Shown here piece by piece: positions 56,482 through 64,000 of a stretch of DNA of 64,000 nt. The translations under genes were made by a program, and so were the position numbers. The notes under the pieces are model-generated. The model had not been told where the DNA came from. It was given only the letters and a program-made list of their open reading frames with translations, and did not search any database. This stretch comes from Anthoceros angustus (taxonomy: Eukaryota; Plantae; Anthocerotophyta): contig VJWM01000063.1 of NCBI GenBank assembly GCA_010909165.1, positions 1,054,001 to 1,118,000 on the forward strand, given 5' to 3'. The stretch's first letter is position 1; every line of letters starts with the position of its first letter.

Positions 56482-57352
56482 TGTGTTAAAGCAATGCCTT
56501 GCAGGTTATAGCTTGGTCTGTTGTCTCTCATGTGGAACGCTGCCAATCTTAGAAAGATAACTGATAATGGGTACACAGGAGAGTGAACTGCAGCTGGCTC
56601 TATTGTTCGGAAACGTCAATACTAGGTAGGATGCCAATAGGATGCATGCGTAAAATGCTCAATAACGTTCTTGTCGTAAAAACTGAACGAGGTAACAAAA
56701 AATACGAATTCAATGATTATGGTTGGTAGGATAGTCAGACTTACAATTAGGGTTTTCCATATCGATAAGTTTTCCAACCGACTGTTTCTTATCTCAATCG
56801 GAAAGCTGGTGAACCAGTTTCTTATCTCAATCGGTTTAGATTTAAACTTAGCCCGATTTGGTCTATTTCGGGTTTTCCCTCCGGATACATTGCACACACC
56901 ATTGGTTCCATCAGTTGTTAAGCTACACTAGTTTAGTAGGCTCAATGTAAGTAATATGATCAATAGAAATAATAATAACATTTTTATATTAAGTAATATG
57001 ATTAATAAAAATAAATAATTATAGAAAATACTATTTTCATGTAAATAAGAATAGAAGAGCCAAGTAGGAATAAAAGTCTGCTCAATAAAAATTAAAGACC
57101 TAAAAAAAATAGAAGTTTGCTTATGGGTTGAAAATATCGTCTCTTTTAAGTTGGTAGTTGCTGAAAGTTCTCATTCTTTAGTCTCTGCAAATAGTCTTAA
57201 GTCGGTATTTATTTGAAGTGCTACAGCTTTGTTCACTATAAATAGGTCTCATGTTAGTGTAATGATATACATACATTTCTTTCTAGCTTTGCTTTATGAA
57301 CAAGACTTCAATATTATCTTATTGTACGCAAGCAGTGCTCTAGTTGCCAACT

Positions 57353-58066
57353 ATGACTAGGAACTCGAAATGTAGAACTCGAGAGAAATTTTTTCTAAGA
57401 TTGAAATCGATTAATTGCTTTTCAGGAAAATGTGGTGATGTAGAAGAAGCTCATGATATAGAAGGAGCTCGTGATGTAGAAGGAGGTCCTGATGTAGAAG
57501 GAGCTCGTGATGTAGAAGGAACTTATGCCATAGGAGGAGCTTATGATGCAGGAGGAGCTTGTGATGTAGAACAAGATTGTAATGTCGGAGACAACAAAAA
57601 GGTCACAATTTTATCTTATGACTTAAAGGAGTATGGTGTGCGTATGTTATCCTCTAAACCTCCATGGGAAAAAAAAAAGTATAAATTTGATTTGGAAAAA
57701 GCTAGAAAAAAGCTAAATGAAATAGAAGAGAACAATATACACGAGTCATCCTTTAAGCCTAGGAAGAAAAACGTTAGGTTCTCAGTAAAAAACAACATAG
57801 TATGGAGGCCAAATCTTGATCCGTTGCCTCCATTAGATAGTCGTATACCTCCTGCGGCTAGACCAAAAGGAAGTGCAATTAAAAAGACTATGTCATCCTT
57901 ATATGGTGCCTCCATGTTAGATGTTGATGAGAATGATGACTTGTGTATGGCTAGATCAAACGAGAGAGTAAGCAACGAGAATGAAGAAGAAGAAGAAGAA
58001 GAACTTGAATTTCTTCTCAATGGGCTATGGCCGACTGAGCATCAAGGTCTGGTGAATCTATATTAG
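57353..58066 (+). CDS. ORF with DVEGA repeats fused to an RRP1/Nop52-like C-terminal motif (possible captured fragment)
   Basis: KKNVRFSVKNNIVWRPNLDPLPPLDSRIPPAARPKGSAIKK resembles, from recall, the plant RRP1 tail (KKVKFSMKNNLVWKP..PLPP..LR.PP..TPRGSALKK). No Nop52 domain is visible. AT-rich context. Confidence 0.55.
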   Translation: MTRNSKCRTREKFFLRLKSINCFSGKCGDVEEAHDIEGARDVEGGPDVEGARDVEGTYAIGGAYDAGGACDVEQDCNVGDNKKVTILSYDLKEYGVRMLSSKPPWEKKKYKFDLEKARKKLNEIEENNIHESSFKPRKKNVRFSVKNNIVWRPNLDPLPPLDSRIPPAARPKGSAIKKTMSSLYGASMLDVDENDDLCMARSNERVSNENEEEEEEELEFLLNGLWPTEHQGLVNLY

Positions 58067-58326
58067 ATGCGGAAAATAGCTAAGATTTTTGTGTTAGGCC
58101 AAAAGGGAGTGTAATTGAGAAGACTATGCCATATTTATTTGGTGTTGGTACATTAGATGCAAAAGAGAGTCGTCAAGGCAAGTAATCCTCTCAACCTCAA
58201 CAAAAGAAAGTCCGATTTCCCTAGCTTTAATGTGGCAATTATATGAAAATGATGTGGCATTTCCAAGCCCAACCATTGGCCAAACTGATTTGGAATTAAA
58301 TATATTTATAATTTTTAAATCTTTAA

Positions 58327-58953
58327 CCCTAGAATGACGAGTGGCTTTTTTTGCGTTTTTCCTCCTTAATTATTCATTGTATTTTTTTGGAGGGCATGTT
58401 AAAATTTTGCATTTTTTAATATTATAATTAAGAACGTGTCATTCCCTTCAAAATGTTGTATGCCACTTATGATTATGAGGCGTTTGAATCCTTGCAGTTT
58501 TCTCAGATCCTCGCTTCTTGGTTTTCCATGGAATGCTACGGTCCACGTTTCTTTAAGCAAACATTTCCATAGACACCCTGCAATGTTATCTAAGTGTGTG
58601 CAAAACACCGAAATAAAAAAGTCACGTTTAATTGCCAAAGAATTTTCACAAAGGCCAAGAATCTTGCAAGGGCCCCAATCGTAGTTACATGAAAAGTGTG
58701 TTCCACATATAGGCAGCCATGGGAACACACACAAAATTGTAGACTATGTGCGTGACGCAATGGCTAAGTTGGCTGAGTTAAAAGTATGTATTGGAATCTT
58801 CGAGGTGGAAGTCGGATTGCGAGGTTTTTTTTTTATTTGTTTTTTAAAAATACGATATTAATGGACCAGGCCAAGGTGAGTTTCAAAATATGGGTAAAAG
58901 TAAATGAATGGAGTGATATAAGACTCGTTTTGAGTAGATTTGTCATTTTAGGG
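58327..58953. mobile_element. piggyBac-like MITE (627 bp)
   Basis: TTAA|CCCTAGAATGAC ... GTCATTTTAGGG|TTAA. TIR matches 11/12, with TTAA on both sides (58323-58326, 58954-58957). Confidence 0.7.
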
Positions 58954-59875
58954 TTAAAAATTATCTGTTAATATTAAAGTATTAAGGGAAAATAAACTTT
59001 ATTAACAATGATAGTTTTTTAATTCCATACCATTTTGTAGGCACGAGTCCATACCTTTTGGTTGAGAGGATCGAACTAGTTTGTTAACTGAGAGAAGTTT
59101 GATGAACTCCCTTGTTCATGAACTATGCGAACTAATACCAACCACGAGCCCTTCCTCAATCTTGAATAAAATTTAGTGCATCGTGGTGGAAAACATATCT
59201 ATGTTGGAAAACTAGATCGGTACACCTTTTTTCATGCACTAGTCCTTTTAGCTTTTTATCTTGTCTTAAATGTTTTTTTGGACTTGTTACAATATCCTTA
59301 ATTCACTCAAATATTTTCTATAAAAATATAATGGGCCCATATTAAATACAAATAAACGTGCAATGGACAAGCATCTAACCATAGTTTGCTGGACGGTAGT
59401 ACCAAGTTGAAACCACAAAGATCAAAGATGAACTCTGCGACCGGCGACCTGCGACCGGGAGTTGGTCAGCAGCACTGGGACACTTGACTTGACGAAACAA
59501 CAAACGCCACTTGCGTAGAAAACTCGCCACCCTTTCCCGGCCATGGCCGCCGCGGCCCGTTCACCGGTCGGTATTGCCGCAAACGGTTCTGTCACGGACC
59601 AGGAGCTATTTATCGGGCCAGCAGGCAGATGAAGGCCGCGCCATTGCAAGCCACCGAGAGCGAGCAAGCAAGCAAGCATTCAGACCGACTGGCAAGCATT
59701 GAGAGCAATCCGAGCGACCGGCAAGCAATCAAAGCGAGCGAGCAATCAGAGCAATCAGAAAAACCAGCCTGTCAAGCAAGCAAGCAAGCAATCCGAGCGA
59801 CCGGCAAACAATCAGATCGAGCGGGCAATCGGAGCAATCAGAAAAACCAGGCTGTCAAGCAATCCGGGCATCAGA

Positions 59876-61858
59876 ATGGAGCTGATGAACCATCTGGCAT
59901 CGGTCCCGGCAACAGTACCGGTGCCGATGGAGGTGGCGATGGCGGGAGCTATGGTGGCAGCGGCGTTTCCGGCCTTCAGGTTCTGGGAGAGGCGGGGAAA
60001 CCACGCGCCCAAGGGGGCCAAGGAGGTGCCAGGGAGCCTGGGATTTCCTCTGCTGGGAGAGTCGGTGGAGCTCTTCTCCCACTTCCAGGCCGGCAACGTG
60101 GAGGAGTTCGGGCTGAAGCGCTTCGCCAAGCACGGGGACGTGTTCAAGTCCCACGTCTTCGGGACGCCCTACGTCTTCATGCGGGGGCAGCAGGCGGCCA
60201 AGATGCTGGCCGCGAACGAGGACAGGCTGGTGCACGCGCACCAGATTCTGCCCCCGCGGTTGTTGCTGGGGCAGGAGTCGCTGCTCAACATCCACGGGCC
60301 CAAGCACAAGCGCTTCCGCCGCATGTTCAACGACACCTTCATGGGGGAGGGGATGAAGAAGTACCTGCCGGTCGTGGAGCGCACCGCGCTGGAGACGCTC
60401 GGGGAGTGGGAGGCCGGAGACGTGCGAGTTGTCAAGGACGAGGCGCTCAAGTTCACGTATAATGTGATTGCCGGAGTGGTGCTGTCCTGGGGCCCCGGGG
60501 CCACCCGGGATCGGAGCCTGGAGCTGGTGAAGGTGATCGGCCACAATTTGTTCAAGCTTCCGGTGGATCTCCCGGGGTTTGAATTTCACCAAGCTATGAA
60601 TGCGAGGAAGGAGCTCACCAAGATGTTTGAGCAGGAGTACGCGCTGCGGAGGAGCGGGAAGATTGTGCGGGATGATTTGCTGACTGCCATGATGTCTGCT
60701 GTCGACCAGGAGACCAACTCCGGGCTCACTGATGTCGAGTTGAGTGATAATCTGTTCACCATGATCTTGGCTGGCCATGAGACTTCCACCAACCAGCTCA
60801 CCTGGATCGCCAAGCTGCTGCAGGAGCATCCGCAAGTCAAGCAGAGGCTTACGGTGAGCTTAGGCTGGATCCTCTTGTCGCCGTCCGGATTCCAGTTCTT
60901 GCATGCCTCATAACTTGTTGTCTTCTCTTCCAGGCGGAAAATGAGGCCATCAGGAGAAAGAAGCAACCGGAAGAGTCGCTTACATGGGCCGAAATCCACA
61001 AGGACATGAGCTACACCATGAAAGTAAGTCCTCAGAAACAATATTCTAACCTAACTTCTATGAATTGATATGCTGCTCATGTCACGGAGAACAAGAACTC
61101 ATCACTTCATTGCACCATGTATATGCTCACAGGTCATCAACGAGGGGCTCCGCCTGGCTTCCCTCACCTTCTGGTATCACCGTACTGTGAAGCAAGATTT
61201 CGAATACAACGGTAAATATAAGCGAAGCTACCGTTTGGCACTGAGATGGTGTTCTGGCCAGCCTTGTATCGTGTTCTCACCCTCAGCCCGTATGCCTTCT
61301 ACAGGATATCATATTCCGAAGGGCTGGAACCTAGTTCTCGATGTCCATAACCTGCACCACAGCCCGGAATTGTTTTCGGATCCAGAGACCTTCGACCCAT
61401 CTCGGTTCGATGTAAGTGCTCAGCTGCCAACCTAGCTAGTGACATATATCAGCCGCAGGTCCTTGCTCCATCTCCTTCGTCCCCATGTTATCACCTGGCC
61501 CTGACATACATCACGTTGGTGCGTAACAGGAGGCCCCAAAGCCCTTCAGCGTCATGCCCTTCGGCACGGGCCCCAGAATGTGTCTGGGTAAAGATCTCGC
61601 CATCATGGAGATGAAGGTCTTCCTTCACTACCTCAGCAACCATTTCAGGTCTGCTACTGATCTACTACCTAGGCCTCTTCTGTCTTGGAACCTACATAAT
61701 GTTGCCTCCAGGTCCGGTTTTGGCCAGCCTCTCATTTTCGTCTGTCTGGTTTGTGATGCAGCTGGCACGTCACAGAGCCCGACACAGGCAGGGACTGGTC
61801 AGGCCTTCCATGCCCCAACAACGGTGTCCCCATCCAAGTGGACGCCGTCCTCAGATAG
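59876..61858 (+). CDS. Cytochrome P450, CYP85 clan-like
   Basis: PGSLGFPLLGES, KHGDVFKSHVFG, AGHETS (I-helix), EGLR (ExxR), GYHIPKGW, FDPSRF, and heme motif PFGTGPRMCLG. Confidence 0.93.
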
Positions 61859-62672
61859 GTAGCTAGAACACTCGCACATATTCTCCTATGTTCTCCTAAA
61901 GCAGGAGATGTCGGAGTTCCACCCCTTCTTGCGGCTGTAAAAGATGACCAACGCAATAAACTACAATCCTGGCTAGCCTGGGAGCATTCCACATTCTGGT
62001 GAAGAAAGGGTAGTGATTTCCGCACATGCCTCTTACGTCAAGGCAGAAGTAGGCCTGAATGCGTATAGGTATGTTGACGTAGCAAGCTGGCCAGCGCTCC
62101 ACGTTGGTATTCATGATATACACGAGCTACACCAATCAGAGGCTTACCAAAAGGATCAGGCCACATCGAGGACGGGAACTGGACAGCAGTTCCACAGGTG
62201 GAAGAACCCTCCATAATTCACCATCTGGAGACGAGAGAATGATTCGAGCAACAGTTTGTCCCCCCGATGTCCAGCCTTTCTACCTTGCAAATTCCCGACG
62301 GGGCAGACTAAAAGGGGACAGCGTACCAAGGCGATGACAAAGAAGAGGCTTGAAGACTGTCACACGACGAATTCGAGGAATCGAAAACAACAGCACCAGT
62401 CAACACGGTGTCACTTTACTCTAACAAAATTTTTCTCCCCAAGTGGGCGAGACCTAAACATCGGGACAGCAAACAGGACAGCAGTTCTACAGGTAGAAAA
62501 ACCCTCTACATTTCACCACCTAGAGACGAGAGAATGATTCGAGCAACAGTTTGTCCCCCCATTGTCCAGCCTTTCCACCTTGCAAATTCCCGATAGGGCG
62601 GGAAAACAACAGCACCAGTCAACACGGTGTCACTTTACTCCAACAAAATTTTTCTCCCCAAGTGGGAGAGAC

Positions 62673-63245
<573 letters not shown>

Positions 63246-63516
63246 GGTGATCTTCAACCAAGCAAATCCACCCCCGAGACAGACGCCGGCTTCGCCGACC
63301 GCTTGCTGAGGGGTGTTCGAGCGTAGAAACGTCCGTTCGTGCAAGAAGAAGATTGTTATTCTGCATGCTGCCCGGACGAATATATAGACATAGCCCTAAC
63401 CCTAATAGGTTACCGAGCTTCTATTCTAAAGTTACCGAGCCTTGGGTAGAGCAGGGAGCTGGGAGGAAGGCTGCCGTCGCCCCGTCTGGCGATCTTTGCT
63501 CAGGCGGGCGATCAGC
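63246..63516. promoter_or_regulatory. Compact divergent promoter region shared by RPS20 and SF3B3
   Basis: 271 bp between the start codons. Contains TATATA (63381), telobox-like CCCTAACCCTAA (~63394) and GTTACCGAGC twice. Confidence 0.6.
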
Positions 63517-64000
63517 ATGTATCTGTACAGCTTGACGCTACAACGAGCTACTGGGATAGTGTGTGCAACATATGGCAACTTCACAGGGGGCAAGACGCAG
63601 GAGATAGTGGTCGCCAGAGGCAAGGTGTTGGACTTGTTGCGGCCCGATGATAATGGCAAGCTGCAGACGTTGTTGTCTGTGGAAGTGTTTGGAGCTATCC
63701 GGTCTCTGGTGCAGTTTCGCTTGACCGGGTCTCAGAAGGACTACATCGTGGTGGGTTCTGACTCAGGGAGGATAGTAATTCTTGAGTACAACAAGGAGAA
63801 GAATGCGTTCGAGAAGGTCCACCAGGAGACGTTCGGGAAGTCAGGATGTCGACGTATTGTGCCCGGCCAGTATTTGGCGGTGGATCCAAAAGGTCGTGCC
63901 GTTATGATTGGAGCTTGTGAGAAGCAGAAGCTGGTCTATGTGCTGAACAGGGACAATGCTGCCCGCCTCACGATTTCGTCTCCGCTGGAAGCCCACAAGT
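63517..64000 (+). CDS. SF3B3: Splicing factor 3B subunit 3 (SAP130), 5' partial
   Basis: [14 protein letters not shown]...[13 protein letters not shown]...[27 protein letters not shown]...ISSPLEAHK. Runs off the window, so it is absent from the ORF track. Confidence 0.97.
   Translation, partial: MYLYSLTLQRATGIVCATYGNFTGGKTQEIVVARGKVLDLLRPDDNGKLQTLLSVEVFGAIRSLVQFRLTGSQKDYIVVGSDSGRIVILEYNKEKNAFEKVHQETFGKSGCRRIVPGQYLAVDPKGRAVMIGACEKQKLVYVLNRDNAARLTISSPLEAHK

Noticed and set aside
56620-59390. Helitron enclosing the RRP1-like ORF
   Set aside because: CGTGCAATGGAC...CATAGT near 59357-59385 only loosely resembles a hairpin-CTAG end, and no 5' TC boundary can be fixed.
59855-60835. 326-aa antisense ORF over the P450
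   Set aside because: Shadow ORF caused by the high GC3 of the P450 exon.

Overview
Eukaryotic land-plant DNA. The compact genes and ~60-100 nt GT-AG introns suggest a Selaginella-like lycophyte or similar seed-free plant (inference). Bases 1 to ~47.9 kb are a nest of transposable elements. A gag-less Ty1/copia element carries a hAT MITE and is split by a ~32 kb CACTA element. The CACTA has an internally inverted transposase gene and hosts (i) an 11.35 kb head-to-tail array of a non-coding LTR element (1.4-1.6 kb LTRs, ~0.39 kb internal region, tRNA-Asp PBS) and (ii) an inverted solo LTR of the same family. A Galadriel-like chromovirus follows, with non-canonical AG...CT LTR ends and a perfect CCAAA target-site duplication. 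Bases ~48.2-64 kb are gene-dense: CDKC, an unknown probably plastid-targeted protein, HDA2/HDAC11, an AT-rich island (RRP1-like C-terminal fragment plus a TTAA-flanked piggyBac-like MITE), a CYP85-clan P450, RPS20 and the start of SF3B3. Caveat: the TE half has many indel-rich tandem duplications joined at microhomologies, so some copy numbers may be assembly artefacts.
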